Shown here piece after piece: positions 24,733-37,628 of a stretch of 64,000 nt of DNA. Numbering within the stretch: position 1 is the first letter of the stretch; every line of letters begins with the position of its first letter. Both the position numbers and the translations under genes were made by a program. The notes beneath the pieces were generated by a model that did not search any database, had not been told where the DNA came from, and saw nothing but the letters and a program-made list of their open reading frames with translations. Origin of the DNA: Rozella allomycis CSF55 (taxonomy: Eukaryota); contig KE561117.1 of assembly GCA_000442015.1 (NCBI GenBank), positions 124,001-188,000 of the forward strand. The letters are read 5' to 3'.

Positions 24733-27159
24733 AATGGCCACATTAAAAGTTTATTATCCTGAGCCACTTAGAACCACTAAATCAGATCTCTCTATTGATT
24801 CAAGAAGGTCAAGTGCTACCGGCACATCAAAATTGAGCAAAGCGCCTACTATACTTTCCAAGACTAACATTTTTGAGCAAATGGAATATGTGAACAATGT
24901 ATTGGAAAACTTTAATAGCAAAAAAGCTACCATCAATCAGTCAATATCCGACTTGCATCTTGAAACAATGACACAATCCACCATGGTTCAAAACAAAAGA
25001 CTCGAAGAAATTTTGAGCCTCGAAAATCTTGAAACAAATGAATCTGGAAAAGTTACTTTCTATCAAATTGCAGGAGGATCAAATAATTTAACTAAAGATT
25101 CCTCTCTTATTGAGGGCATACTTAATGAAATAGATAATCTTGTAGGTAAAACTTAATCCAATGGTTTCAATGTAAGAGTCAGCAAAAGATTTTGAACACG
25201 CAAAGGAAAAGAAACCTCTGCAGCAAGATGAAATGCAAGCACTTTTAGATTCTACGATGAAGCAAAAGGAAAAGCCAAAAGCTAAATCTAAAATCGAAAA
25301 GGTCAAGTCTGAAATTGACATTGATACGCGTATTTGTAATTTCTAATTGTTTAGCTAATTCAGTGCAACCTACCAATACCTTGGAGCAAAGTGGTGAAAT
25401 CCAGAGGAGTTATTCAGTGGGTTCACAAAGTACGCTTTCTTGTTAATAAATTACGCAGATAATATGAAAACTCGAAAAAAAGTAGCGGATGATTTTTTCG
25501 CACCATATTTTACCAACACAAGTGCCTTGGAGCCTGAAGTAAAGAAAGTCACAAGAAGATCCATAAGAGCTATATCAAATGATTTGGATAGAAAAATTCA
25601 TCTACTGAAAACCAACCCGGTCGCTTTAGATGCATTTTCGGATCGAATTGGTAATGGACAAATTCCTATGTCAAAAGACAATCTAAAAAGAATTATAAAG
25701 GAAGATCATGCATCGAAAAATTTATCTAAAGTCGCCAAGAATAAGAAGATTCTGAAAGAATACAGCCCTGAGAAACAACAAAAGACACTTGAACAACGAA
25801 GAATTAGGAATGATGAAAGAATCGCCCTGGTTTTAGAAAGAAGAGATAAAATTGAAAGGGAACGGATAGAAAATGTTGTGAAGCAAAGAGAACAGAGGGA
25901 ACTTTATAGAGTACATAAAATCAAGTGATTACATCTAGATGAGTGTGAAAACTAAGCTTGAGATAGAGTACGAAAATAGAATGCGACAGCAAGTACAAAA
26001 ATGGTCAACATTGATTATTTTATTCTCGAAACTTGAAATCATGCGCCAAACCCTAACAGTAAAGATATTTGAGCCCGCCTTTATTAGGCAAGTCATGAAG
26101 AACAGGAGAAGATATCACAGAAAAGACTTGCTGCTATTAAAATACAGAGATTCTGGAGGAAAATAAAAATGAATTATAGGATGAATGTGAAAACTAGTAC
26201 TATGAATATTGTGGTGAAGTAACAATTGAAAATCATCATCACAGATTCATGTTTAAATTTGTCTATTTAAAGCGATCACGTAAACTGAAAGAAAGTGCCA
26301 ATGTATTACGAAGATACATAAAGGACACACTTGAAATGTCGAAAATGTCCACTTTGATAAAGAACTTTAGAAGATCAGGTATTACTTTTGAATCCAATTG
26401 ATAGTTTTAATTGCTCAGAGATGCACACGAAGATACATAATCATGTCAAGATATCAAATGACATTGTTGGGATTACAATGGAATAAATTTGAAGACGAAT
26501 GGTGGCAACAAAAAGTATCGATGCTTGTAGGAGAAGAAAATAAAGGAGCAGATGCTAGTAAAAGGAAAAAGTAAGAATAAAGTAACTCTACAAATTAGAA
26601 ACCTTGCGTCTGCAGGTTCAAAGAAGGGAAATTATGACGAGATTGTAAAACCTGTTTTCGTTGATGAGTAAAACCAAATATTCAGAGATATAGCAAAACA
26701 AAAATGTCTTTGCTACGCGAAAATTTAAATCAGAGAAAGCACGCATACTGGAGAAGCTTGACAGAATATGACAAAAAGATTGAAGAATATAATAGCGCTG
26801 TTCAAGTAAAAATGAACTGAAAACAACAAAGACACAAGCGATGAGAAATAGAAATCTCACGATGCTTGGTATTGAAGAGAAAAGAGCTGATGAAACGAGA
26901 TCAACAATTACTTCGAAAGAGCGACCACAAACACCTTTACCAACAGCTCCTGTGAAACCGGTATTTAAAGTAAGTAATAAAAAAGGCGTTTACCTAGCTT
27001 TTGCTGCAGAAAGAAGAATGGTTAAAGCTTTTCAATAAGGCGACTAAGAACCAAATGCAACAGTCACAAAGCCAAGGTTTTAATAGGATTCCAGAGTCTC
27101 AATCTCAAACCTTAAATAAGGCTAATACCAGTGGTTCTACATCTCAAATTTTGAAATAA
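24733..27159 (+). CDS. Basic coiled-coil protein with an IQ motif (possibly flagellar); multi-exon
   Basis: Chain of exons joined by short introns, coiled-coil composition and AAIKIQRFWRK near 26130-26165. Family not recognised. Confidence 0.55.
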
Positions 27160-27275
27160 ATGTATTTTCTTTATTAAATAAAAGATTTTATTACAAATAA
27201 TGCGTATAGTATGAGATTTCCATCCTCACTGGTCATGGGAACGGAATCTCTCTTCCCGGAAGCCGACAAAAGAAT

Positions 27276-27665
27276 TCACCCTATCAATACGAAATCATTC
27301 ACGCCTTGGTAAATGAGCTTTAAGGTCTTTATTAATACATTTACCTGTATGAATTTGATAAAGCAAGTTAACACTTTAATTACGAAAGGCAAAGAAATTC
27401 TAGACCTCCGTTGGTTAGTTGCTTTTTCGCCGAACATCGACTGATTCTCAGCAATGTCAATGGTACAGTGGGATGCCGTTACGGAAATTCGGCCCCGCAA
27501 ATCAAATTCTCGCTCAACCAAGTGAGAAAATGTCGGTTTCACACTCCACATAAAATCATTAACCACACCAGAATATCCTATAACACATTTGCCGCTGGGG
27601 TGTTCCTTATATTTTAGAAGTTTTTTGAAAACTTCTTGATCGCTGGAGGTGAAATAGTGAGACAT
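27276..27665 (-). CDS. Hypothetical protein; structure uncertain
   Basis: ORF in a gap between genes, with no recognised motif. Boundaries and strand are not secure. Confidence 0.3.
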   Translation of the reverse strand: MSHYFTSSDQEVFKKLLKYKEHPSGKCVIGYSGVVNDFMWSVKPTFSHLVEREFDLRGRISVTASHCTIDIAENQSMFGEKATNQRRSRISLPFVIKVLTCFIKFIQVNVLIKTLKLIYQGVNDFVLIG

Positions 27666-27920
27666 TTTCCTTCTTCAGACATGTAAGCAAAACTTTGAAT
27701 TCCTGTAAAAGTTTTTTGTTTCGATGAACTTGGCAACATGTCGTTCTCAAACATGTCGATCTCAAAAAAGTCAGAATTTCTAATGGGTTCAAACAGACTC
27801 ACAAAGAAGCTCGTTATTGGCTCATCAGTCACCACAGTGCAGAAGCCATAGAATTTTGATCGGGCATTTGCAAAGGAGAGCAAAAAATGAACAACTTTTG
27901 ATTTTCGAAATTTACAAAGA

Positions 27921-28973
27921 ATGGAAGCAAAAGGTTTTCTTTTCTTCTTTCCCCTTAAAGAAGTATTGTATAAATTAAAGGATGATAGTAATGCCAATCT
28001 TCAGTCCGAACATGCTAAAGCGTTTCAAGCGCTCAAAGAAATGCCCATAAATTCCTTGGATTATTTTTTCTGGGTATATAAATTTTCTCACAAAAACGAA
28101 TCTCTTTTACCAGGAAAGAAAATTTCTCGCAGTCTTTTGTCACTTTCTTTTCTTGAGAACGTCTATCTAAGAGTACATCATGTCAAGATTCTAAATAGGA
28201 TGTGCAAAATTTACGTTGATACGGATAAGGATATTTTCAATGCTATAATACAAAAAACCAGGGACATTTGGCTGAATGAAAATATTCCCTACGTGCTTTG
28301 TTATTGTGCGAAAATTTTCATCAAGTCATTGTCAACACCGACGCAATCATGGGATTATAGAGTATTAGTAACCGAGAAGATTCAGGAATTATTAATGAAG
28401 CAATTGGATGAGAGTATTACACCAGGCATTGAATTTGTCGAAATCAACGAAAACACACATCTGGGGCATTTCAGGATGATGTATGTGCATTTAATGCTAC
28501 ATTACCTTATATTAAAAGGTACCTTGAATGATATAAAAGAGTTTGAAAATATTCTTCAAATGATTTGTGTGCGACATAATAAACGGTTTGAACCCAGGAC
28601 AATTCTTCAAATGTGTTTATTAGACGATGAAATCTTGATAAATATTTTGCTAAACCTAATGAAAATTAAGATTGATGTATTAAATTTAGAGTCTTGTTTT
28701 GAGGCTTTACTGGATCTCGTTTTTAAGTGGAACCACGAGGAGGTTATAGATTGGATGATATCAAAGGAGACGAACTTTCTTGAATATTTACTTAAAGTAT
28801 TTAAATATTCAGATCCATCAAAATATTCAGATAAAGATAAATGTTTTATGATTCTCACCAACCTTTTTGTCTCACTTGAAGCACATCAAGAGCGAGGCAC
28901 ATTTCCGTACAATATCAAACCATTAATTACTCGCTTAAATAACCTCTTGGTCAATTTTAGGAACATTTATTAA
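27921..28973 (+). CDS. LINS1: Protein Lines homolog (LINES domains)
   Basis: DDEILINILL, DWMISKETNFLEYLLK and C-terminal FPYNIKPLITRL match the Lines family pattern. Confidence 0.75.
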   Translation: MEAKGFLFFFPLKEVLYKLKDDSNANLQSEHAKAFQALKEMPINSLDYFFWVYKFSHKNESLLPGKKISRSLLSLSFLENVYLRVHHVKILNRMCKIYVDTDKDIFNAIIQKTRDIWLNENIPYVLCYCAKIFIKSLSTPTQSWDYRVLVTEKIQELLMKQLDESITPGIEFVEINENTHLGHFRMMYVHLMLHYLILKGTLNDIKEFENILQMICVRHNKRFEPRTILQMCLLDDEILINILLNLMKIKIDVLNLESCFEALLDLVFKWNHEEVIDWMISKETNFLEYLLKVFKYSDPSKYSDKDKCFMILTNLFVSLEAHQERGTFPYNIKPLITRLNNLLVNFRNIY

Positions 28974-29983
28974 TCTTTATTAATGAGAAAGTATCTGTTG
29001 TGTCATACAAAAACATTTTTGAAAGGTTTAATTGAATATACTGGAAGCTTAAACCTTGCTGAGATATTTCATCAATAAATAGTTTATACGTATTTTCATT
29101 TCTTATTGTACTGCAAATTAAAATGCCCACGTCAGGATTGCACTCAATAGCGCTTTTGATAAATTTAACAAGACCAGGAATAATCTCCGGATCGTAAATC
29201 TTTCGTTAAAACTAAAAGAACATTCGTTACAATATCAGAAGCAACAATAGTCTCAACAGTCCCAAATTTTTCTAGGCTAAGAGTTTCCGTCCAATTCAAC
29301 TCTTCAACTTGGATTTGATTTTGTAGAGATGAGTCTTTGTTATAAAAATATCAGAATTACTGATTTTAAGATTTTCGTTTAAAGAATTCAGTACCATTGA
29401 ATGTGCATCGGTGGCAATTACATTTTCCGCGCCAAGGGCAGCGCATCCTAGCGCCAGAAGGCCTATTCCTGAGCCAATTTCCAGTACTCTCTTTTTAACG
29501 ATAAACGAGTTCCCTTCCTTGCATAAATAATCTAAAAGTGCAAAGCAGGCAGACCAAACAGAAAGGCCGGTCGTTCCATTAGAGATTTTGTTAATGTCAA
29601 CCTTGAACTTGACTTTAATTCCATTCAAACTTAATACGCGTAAGCTTTTCTCATGTGAATTTGAGTGAGACAATCTATTTTCCGATAGATTTAACAGTTT
29701 AGCATAGAATTCATACATTTGGTCGGATACTTCAGAGAAACTATCTTCCAGATGATGTATGTATAACTTGATAAACCTTTGAATATATGGGAGGTCCAAT
29801 ATATCTTCGTTCAAGCATTCTTGAAAAACATCCAGAATCAAAATTTGGAATGCAGTCGAATCTATTTCTGCTACATAATTCTAAGTCTTCAAGATTTATA
29901 GATTTTACTTTAAAAGTTTTGAAAGGTACGGAGTGTACCAATATCCATCCCTTTATGGTTTCAAAACTATTTTCCAAATCCAT
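28957..29983 (-). CDS. EFM3: FAM86/EEF2KMT (Efm3)-type protein-lysine methyltransferase
   Basis: YIQRFIKLYI, GTTGLSVWSAC, VLEIGSGIGL, ATDAH, IVASDI.YDP and STIRNENTY. Confidence 0.82.
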
Positions 29984-30167
29984 GATTTACAAACTGGCTC
30001 GAGTTTCTGAAAGCCACATAATCCTCTTGCTTGCAGTTATCCTAGAAGTTCATGTAATGGCTACGAAGAACATTACGAATTTAAATGTCACACATCAAAC
30101 CCACCTTAGCTTCAGGTGAAACATATTCAAATAAACAATAAATAACTTGCAGATATGAAATATTTAT

Positions 30168-30609
30168 TTAAGCCTTTACAGCAAAGACACGTTTTCCAAA
30201 GTGAATACGTTGCTTGCGTTGACGTTCAGTTTCTTGTGATTTTTCAAATTCAGTTAATCTTCTACGGATAGCACGGGTCTTTTTTGGTCTGAGATCCAAT
30301 GGATAGTATTTCTTTCCTTTGTAGTACAAACGGAGTTGTTCTCTTTGTTTTTCATTGATGATGGTCAAAACACGGGCAACATCTTTTCTCAACAAACCAA
30401 CTTTTGAGGATTTGGCATTGTTAGCAGAGACTTTTTGGACACGAGCAGAAGAAAGTTCGCGCTTGAGATCATCAAGAGTCTTGAATAGTTCTTCCTTGGA
30501 CTTTGTTCTTAATTCGTGAGGTTTGACCTATAAATTAGATTTGCCCAAATTTGAAACATATGTATAGTTAAATTTAAAGTTATTGAAATGATAAAATACT
30601 TACGACCAT
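30168..30609 (-). CDS. RPL35: 60S ribosomal protein L35 (uL29)
   Basis: KPHELRTKSKEEL, RKDVARVLT and PLDLRPKKTRAIRRRL. A 76-nt intron follows codon 2. Confidence 0.97.
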
Positions 30610-30701
30610 CGTTAGCCAGGGTAGAAGAAAAAGTTGTTCTGAAATTTACAAAAACATTTTCAAATTTTGAAAGTCCTAAAAGTCACATAAATTAAACCGG
30701 T

Positions 30702-33295
30702 TTATTCATTTTCATAGTAAGATATACAAGCGCAAGATATTTGAAAGAGAGATAGCTTTTGTCTTTCAGAAGATTTCTTCACGAGATGGCTTGGCAATCG
30801 ATCAAAAGTTGCTTCGATGTCACCATAATAAGAAGATAGGATTGAGCATAGATCATTTGGTTGCTCAAACGCTTTCCAAAATCCATAAGACCCGAGAATG
30901 AAAATAATAGGATCGCGGTGATATTTCTCTATATCAAGAAACACAAAATTTGGTTTGGCTGTTTGTCGGGGAATCATGTTAGGAAAACCGACGCCAGATG
31001 ATAATCTTGAAGGGGAATTTTCTTTTGGTGATGATTTTGTGTACGAGTCTTGGATGTAGTAGAAAACTGGACTGATTCCGTCACTTTTACACACGAAAGC
31101 AGCTGCCTTGACATTTCCTGACCATGAAATGATTGCCATAGAATCGATAAACTGAACTGTTAGAGCAGAAACACCGTGCGACCAATTCTAAGAACATTTA
31201 TAGTGGAAATGAATTACATTTTCGTGTTGAATTTTGAGGCAATTCTTTGCCGTGTTTGAATATGCTTTTGATGTTAATTCCATTATCTCTTCCTTTGATG
31301 ATGAATTTTGCAAAGTGGATAAACTGTTGAATATTTGAAACGGGAGATCAAGTTTTACATGGTTACTCAAAGCTAAATTTCCATGGCCTTCAATGAAGCA
31401 AAAGTAATGTTCATTGATAACAGGCGAAAAGTGTACCATGGAACCATCAAACAGTAGTGATTGTTCCGTAAAGAAATGACTTTCCATTTCATTAACTGTG
31501 TGGTTCTCTAAGAATTCGATTCTTTTATCTAATATATCTAATATATCTTTCTCGTTTAGTTCTTTTTCATGTATTTCTTCCAAAAGTGAGTTTATGAAAT
31601 TTCGTAAATTTTGTGATTCAATCCTAGCAATCCTTTAGGAAGAAATTATTTACCCCGCCAACCTAATTACTCTAAGATGATGAAAAATTAATCCTTCTAA
31701 TGATTGTCTAAAATAATTTTTGGGAATATCCCATCCTAGAAATTGTTTAAATGAGACATTTAATTCAAGAGTTTTCCACAGAGATTCTTTCTCTTCCAAA
31801 ATTCTTAAAATGGCAAACCCGGCGATTAAATGAATTTCTGGGTGAACTTCGGGATTTTTATCTGACCAAATTGACNTTTTTATTTGACCAAATTGAGATT
31901 GCGTCGTTTAAAAGAGAATTTATGGTGGTTAAATTCAATTCAGGAAATAAAGTAGAAATAAAAAGAGGCACAAAATCAAGTTCTTTGATTATTTCAGGTG
32001 AAGGATTTGGCGTGACCTGATCCTGTTGTTTTTGAGTTTTTAAGTTGCTTGTTCTAATTGACGTTGGTCTTGCTTGTTCAGAGATCCAAGTATCACACTC
32101 AAGAGTAACCATCGTACGGTGCCTCTTAAGTGAAATGAATTGTTCCGTTCCAGGTAGCTTTTCTATCTCTAGAAAAAAGACGTGGCGCGTTGCATCTATG
32201 TTTTCTTTAGTCCAAATGAGTGGAATTATTAAATTTTCTAAATCCTTTTGAAATTTGCATTTCATGGGGAATAAGGAAGCAAAGGGTAATGGATGTGGTG
32301 TATCAGGGATTAGCTTTAAAATGAATTCAATGTTTTGTTCATAATCAACTGCTTTACGTTTGACTTCAACTTCCAAATGCAATGAATTTAAATTGGTATA
32401 AATGGAAACTTGTTCAAAAGCCAATTCTGTCACACCTTTTTAAGTGGCATAGTCAGGCATACCCTTGAAGAAATTTGATGGCGGCGGAACTTCTTCTCCA
32501 TCTTCAATGTTTAATTGAGCCATATAGTCNCTCCCTCTTCGATGTTTAATTGAGCAATGTAATCTGGTAAATCATCTTCCCTTCTCGAATCATTGGACAA
32601 TTCAAGTCGAAATGTTGCAATCTTTACTTCATCAGACCAGGACTTTAATGCGTTTGTCAATAAAGTTCTAATCTCTAGATCTCTTATATTAAATTTAGTG
32701 AGTAGATCAGATTCATCACACACGAGCAACTTTGAAAATGTCCCAAAACTGCTTTTTATGTTCAACACTTGCTCATGTTTAGGAGAATTTGGCTGAATTC
32801 CAAAGAATGTCATGTCTAAAAAGGTTTGAATGTTTGGATAATCCTGACTAGAGAATCTTCTACCTAAAGAAACTTCATCCAAATGATTTAATCGATGAAA
32901 AGTATTCTTAGCTATTCTCTCTCCGTTTACAAAAGTCCCATTAGTGCTCATGTCTTCAATAAATACATCAAATTCTGTTTCACTTCCAGGCCTCATCACC
33001 TATTCAATTGTCGAAACTTAAGTTACTCTAAATATTTTACAATGCTTTCCAGACACTTCTACTTGTTTAAATCTAATCTCACACTGGCTGCTTCGCCCCA
33101 TCAAGTATTCATCTTTCATCAAGTCTATGCAATAACAATATGCCAAATACCTATAGAGCTTTTTAAATCATGCAACATTGTGAACTTTGCCCAATGATCT
33201 CTTCCAAGCAATCTCTGAAATATGCTAGGCTTCTTGGTCGGTGTCAATGTACCACTAGCACTCGCTCGTAACGGATTCGGTTCTTCAATTTCCAT
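30702..33295 (-). CDS. FHA-domain protein; 3' exons below ~31900 may belong to this gene or a separate one
   Basis: FHA motifs MGRSSQC, VSGKHCKI, IEDMSTNGTFVNG and LNHLDEVSLG. Downstream ORFs are on the same strand, with Ns at 31876 and 32530. Confidence 0.6.
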
Positions 33296-33360
33296 TCTAA
33301 TTAAATTTATTTACTAATGTTTTACGAAGATTTCCTTCGAAACATGCCCAAAATGCTACT

Positions 33361-33745
33361 CATTTTACGAGGTGGCGAAGCGGTTTTCTTTCTCTGAATT
33401 AACAATCTTTAACATAATTACATTAATGTGTCGAATTGTATATTCTGCTATTTCTGTTTTCAGAACAGTGTTATCATGATACTTCAATAAGAGTAAACTT
33501 GCGTTTTACTTGGGAAATGGGGTAATCTTTTCTACAAACAGGGCATTTAAAACTCTATCACGGTGAAAAATAAATTTTACCTCTTCTTCGCGAATAACGA
33601 TAATGCCAGTCTGGGTACACGCTTTCTCGAATGAGTGATTGCATGGCCCACAAACAGGTTCCTTCATTATTTTGTTTGTTATTGGACATATAAAATGTAC
33701 AGGTATATGCTTATCTACTTCACTGTCTGACTCTGGATTGTTCAT
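33361..33745 (-). CDS. Small U-box/RING-like domain protein; 3' end approximate
   Basis: IPVHFICPITNKIMKEPV...HSFEK and downstream NTVLKTEIAEY. Confidence 0.7.
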
Positions 33746-33779
33746 TAGAGAGAGCGATAAAGAAAATTCGTAAACAGAC

Positions 33780-34550
33780 TCAAGCCTCCGCTTTATTTAA
33801 TTTATAGATAGATGAAACCAATGCGAATAATATGGCTGCTTGAATTGCAAGGGGTACGTCGCATGGCAAGATTTCAAGAACAGGGCCTATGGACTAGTAA
33901 AATAGAAATGAATAGCATACAGAAATTCCAAACAAAAAATGGGACAGAAATATTGGAACAAGAAACAGGTATTTTTTAGAGTCCATCAACTTGAATGTCA
34001 AAACGAACATTGCAATTTGATTCCAAAATGACAAACAATTTTGGAGACCTATGCATTAAACAATGAATTAATACTTGAAGAGAATACTAATCCATTATTA
34101 GGGCACGCATCCAGCGTCTTAAAATGCGGATTTGTGATTGTTTCCATTAATTGATTGATCATTTGAACGGACAATGAGGCACAACCAAATCCAAACCCCA
34201 TAATTATCGCAAAATAATCAATTAAATTGCTCTTTTTGCATTCTGTAATTTGAAACAATAAGTTTTTGACTTTTTTGAATAATACAAAACATGCATTTCT
34301 AGCGGAGAATTGCATTGTAATTCCACAGAAAATAGCCCAAATATGATTCCCGGGAATAGCAAAGTACAATGCAGATGATAGGATCAATGATAACTGAAAG
34401 ATAAATGCGCTAAATATTTCCAATTTTAATTGATTACGTTATCATCGCTGTAACTCCACATATTGCTTCTTTTCTAATTAGCAACCAGTAAAGACATAAC
34501 GGACCACTTATAGTGACTATAAATGGTCCACAAAATGGCAAGATATACAT
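33780..34550 (-). CDS. APH1: Gamma-secretase subunit APH-1-like multi-pass membrane protein
   Basis: FCG.F....GP N-terminus, SAFIFQLSLILSSALY, R..CF.LFKK and GFGFG (GxxxG)...INQL.E; about 7 hydrophobic segments. Confidence 0.7.
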
Positions 34551-34565
34551 TTCTGAAATTTCGAG

Positions 34566-36116
34566 ATGAAATTTAAAGGGCCAACGATAACGTCTAATCA
34601 TCTTTTAATATCCAAAAACGCCTTTCATATAAATAAGGATGGCATAATATTGGCCTATAATCCATACAATATATATTTGTTTTATTTCCCTGCGGGATCA
34701 AGCGAACCGTATATTTACACTGTAAACTTTAGTTTGGAGAAATTTCAAAATATAAAAAAGGCGTCGTGGACTTGTGAAGGAATAGGGAATAACCATGGAG
34801 GCCAACTAGTTTCGATTTTGCTAAACGATGGAAGTTTGGTCTTTCTAGATACAAGAAGAACCTTCAAAGGGGAATATGAATTAAATAATCTCAATATATG
34901 GGAAAAAATTGGAGATAATTTTATTCAATCATTCTCTTGGTGTATTGAAAACCCTACTTTAGCTATTTCCAACGGCAAAACAGTTTCACTTTATCACCTT
35001 TCTTTTCAATATCAAAAAGATATTAATTTTGATGAAAATCAAGTAGAAATCGAACTTCGTTATTTTTCTGGATCATTTTTGCTTGCGACGATGAGTGAAT
35101 TTGGGAAATTGAGAATAATAAAACTTGATGGGGAATTTAATTCAATAGCCGAGCATCAAGTTTTAGATTTAAATACTTGCATGAATTTCTCAAAATTGGC
35201 TTGGATCGATGATATTTTATTTGTCATTAATGGCTGTACAATCCTAATGTGTAAAGAAGGCATAAAGCAATTTAAAAATCCAGTAATGATTGACTTTGTT
35301 AGTGTTAATGAACATCAAAATAATGTTTATGCTACTGACATGGAAGGAAACCGTTATTTACTGGAGTTTGAGAATAATTTGATTGTTCCTTTTCCCAATG
35401 GAATTGAAGTAGAGACAGGATTTAGATATCTGTGCTATGGGTCAAAGATATTGTTTAATCGAATGTTTCTTCTTTATTTGAAATATCCCATAGACAATGA
35501 AAGAAACTTTGTGGCAAAGTCGACAATTGAAGCGACAATCAACTGGATTTCATCGGATAATGAAATGGAATCATTGGATCAATATGAAAAATATTTTAAT
35601 AATAAATTGAATTGTTCGAATGTAAAGTTGATGGTGAATGATATTTTGTATTTTCTTGAAACAACGGAAGAATGCTCTGAACTAATTTATCAACTGTTAA
35701 CGGTAGATGAATTGCCAAAGTTGAATTTGTTGGAAACTATTGGAAATCTTGAATGGCTAAAAACGCGATGTTTGTTTCTCTTGTCATATAAGCTCAATGA
35801 TCAAAATTCGGTATTGAATTTGTTTACTTCATTAATTAAATCTTTAAATGACATTTCTGATGAAGTGAAATCGATCCTTGATAATTTAAAGAGCTTCAAT
35901 TGTTTTATTTGCAACGAAATTTTAATATCGAGCGGGAATCCATTCAAGTACAAATGTTCAAAGAATCATCCTAACGATATATGTATGATTGGAGGAACAA
36001 TTTTGAGTAGCCCATTTATAATTCTAAAGTGTACTGAATGCATATTTAAATGTAATTCACAAACATTCGATTCATCGAGATGTCCTTTATGTTTTGGATT
36101 ACTTTCTCATTCTTAA
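34566..36116 (+). CDS. Probable TFIIIC subunit (Tfc8/GTF3C4-like): beta-propeller plus C-terminal Zn finger
   Basis: WD-like N-terminal half; C-terminal CFIC...KCSKNH...C...KCTEC...CPLC pattern. Confidence 0.6.
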   Translation: MKFKGPTITSNHLLISKNAFHINKDGIILAYNPYNIYLFYFPAGSSEPYIYTVNFSLEKFQNIKKASWTCEGIGNNHGGQLVSILLNDGSLVFLDTRRTFKGEYELNNLNIWEKIGDNFIQSFSWCIENPTLAISNGKTVSLYHLSFQYQKDINFDENQVEIELRYFSGSFLLATMSEFGKLRIIKLDGEFNSIAEHQVLDLNTCMNFSKLAWIDDILFVINGCTILMCKEGIKQFKNPVMIDFVSVNEHQNNVYATDMEGNRYLLEFENNLIVPFPNGIEVETGFRYLCYGSKILFNRMFLLYLKYPIDNERNFVAKSTIEATINWISSDNEMESLDQYEKYFNNKLNCSNVKLMVNDILYFLETTEECSELIYQLLTVDELPKLNLLETIGNLEWLKTRCLFLLSYKLNDQNSVLNLFTSLIKSLNDISDEVKSILDNLKSFNCFICNEILISSGNPFKYKCSKNHPNDICMIGGTILSSPFIILKCTECIFKCNSQTFDSSRCPLCFGLLSHS

Positions 36117-36148
36117 AATAAATCAATTTAAATTGCCAGAAAATATTT

Positions 36149-37508
36149 TTATTGACTCAGTTTAACGATTTCATTTAGCATTGCTTTTAGACCAGCAAAA
36201 GTTTCCTTCCCACTAGGCACAATGTACTCGGGCGGTAACATGAATCCATACCTTCCTGTATCTCTCAACTCTACAGCATAGCTATATGTAATGTTGAGAG
36301 TTGCATAAGCGTAATCTATGCTATCACCATTAACCTTTTTGACTGTTAATATTTCATCTTACAGGATAAAGCTCACAAGTTTGAAACGCTGTGAATTTCA
36401 CGTTATTTATTTTTTCAATGGCATTAACTGCAGCATCTGCCACTTGTTTCTGTTTCTTATAGTCTGGGGACTTATTTGAACAGCTAAAGCCCCATGGATA
36501 CATCCACAATTGTGAATATGCATGAAAATCAATATATGAAACAACATTATTCAATGATGCCAAATAATCTCTCATGGATTGTGTTTCTGGCGCTGAAAAT
36601 GGCTCCTTACCCCTGTAAACTTCACTACAAGGGAACGCGCTTGATCCTTTTCCTTCCCATTTGAATCCCCAATTTCTGTTCATGTCAGTTCCTGTGCAAA
36701 ATGCATTTGGCTGCCTGTTCTTTCTCCACATTCTGTCCTTTTCATGTGAATATCTGTCTAAAATTGGATCCTAATTAAACTATTACATCCATCAATGTTT
36801 AGTATAGGAATAATAGTGAAATCAAACGCATCTAAAAGATTGGTAATTTCAGCGTCTTTTCCATATTGCGTAATGAGCTCATTGGCCATGTACGAAACAA
36901 CCGCAGCAGATATCCATTCTCTTGCATGTTCCGCTCCATGAAACACAACATTTGGTTTGTTCAAATATGAACTGTTGGAACTTATCTTGAATCCCCAGAT
37001 ATTTCTGCCTTCGAATGTTTGCCCAATCGATATTAAGTCTACCAAGTCAGTGTGATTGGCTGTCAAGGCCTTCATCCAATCAAATACCTCATCTGCAGTA
37101 TGGTATGAGGAAAAGAAATCAGCACCTTTCTCATTCAAACCTTTCTCAGACTCAATCAACTCTTGCAAATCTTTTATCATAGTTCTGTAATTGACCAACT
37201 TTCCAATANCATAGTTCTGTAATTGACCAATTTTTCAATACTGCTCAGGTCAACGTTTGGAGGAATTCGAACATCCACTTCACCTACCCTCATTGGACTC
37301 CAAACATCTAAATCTTCATGACTCTATATGTTAATTGTTTTTTGGTATATACCGTAATAAATGCTTTTAAGGATTCAAGTTGCTGAGCGTTCTCCAGTGT
37401 GAAACGGTAGACTGAATGACCATGATAGGTTCTTTGAGATTCAGTTTCTTTATTTACAATATTCAGATATGGTAATGCGAAAATAAAGAAGAATAGACTG
37501 AATATCAT
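36149..37508 (-). CDS. Secreted M14A zinc metallocarboxypeptidase with propeptide
   Basis: Signal peptide, HAREWIS, WRKNR, DMNRNW, DFHAYSQ and ELRDTGRYGF.LP; catalytic residues intact. Confidence 0.93.
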
Positions 37509-37628
37509 CAATTACACTTAATTGGATGGCGCAGGGAAGAGCAGTTGAACGAATTAATTACAGTTTTTTGCCGTACCAACAAAAAATAATTAAAAAATTG
37601 ATTAAGATTTCAGAGTACTAACAGTGCT

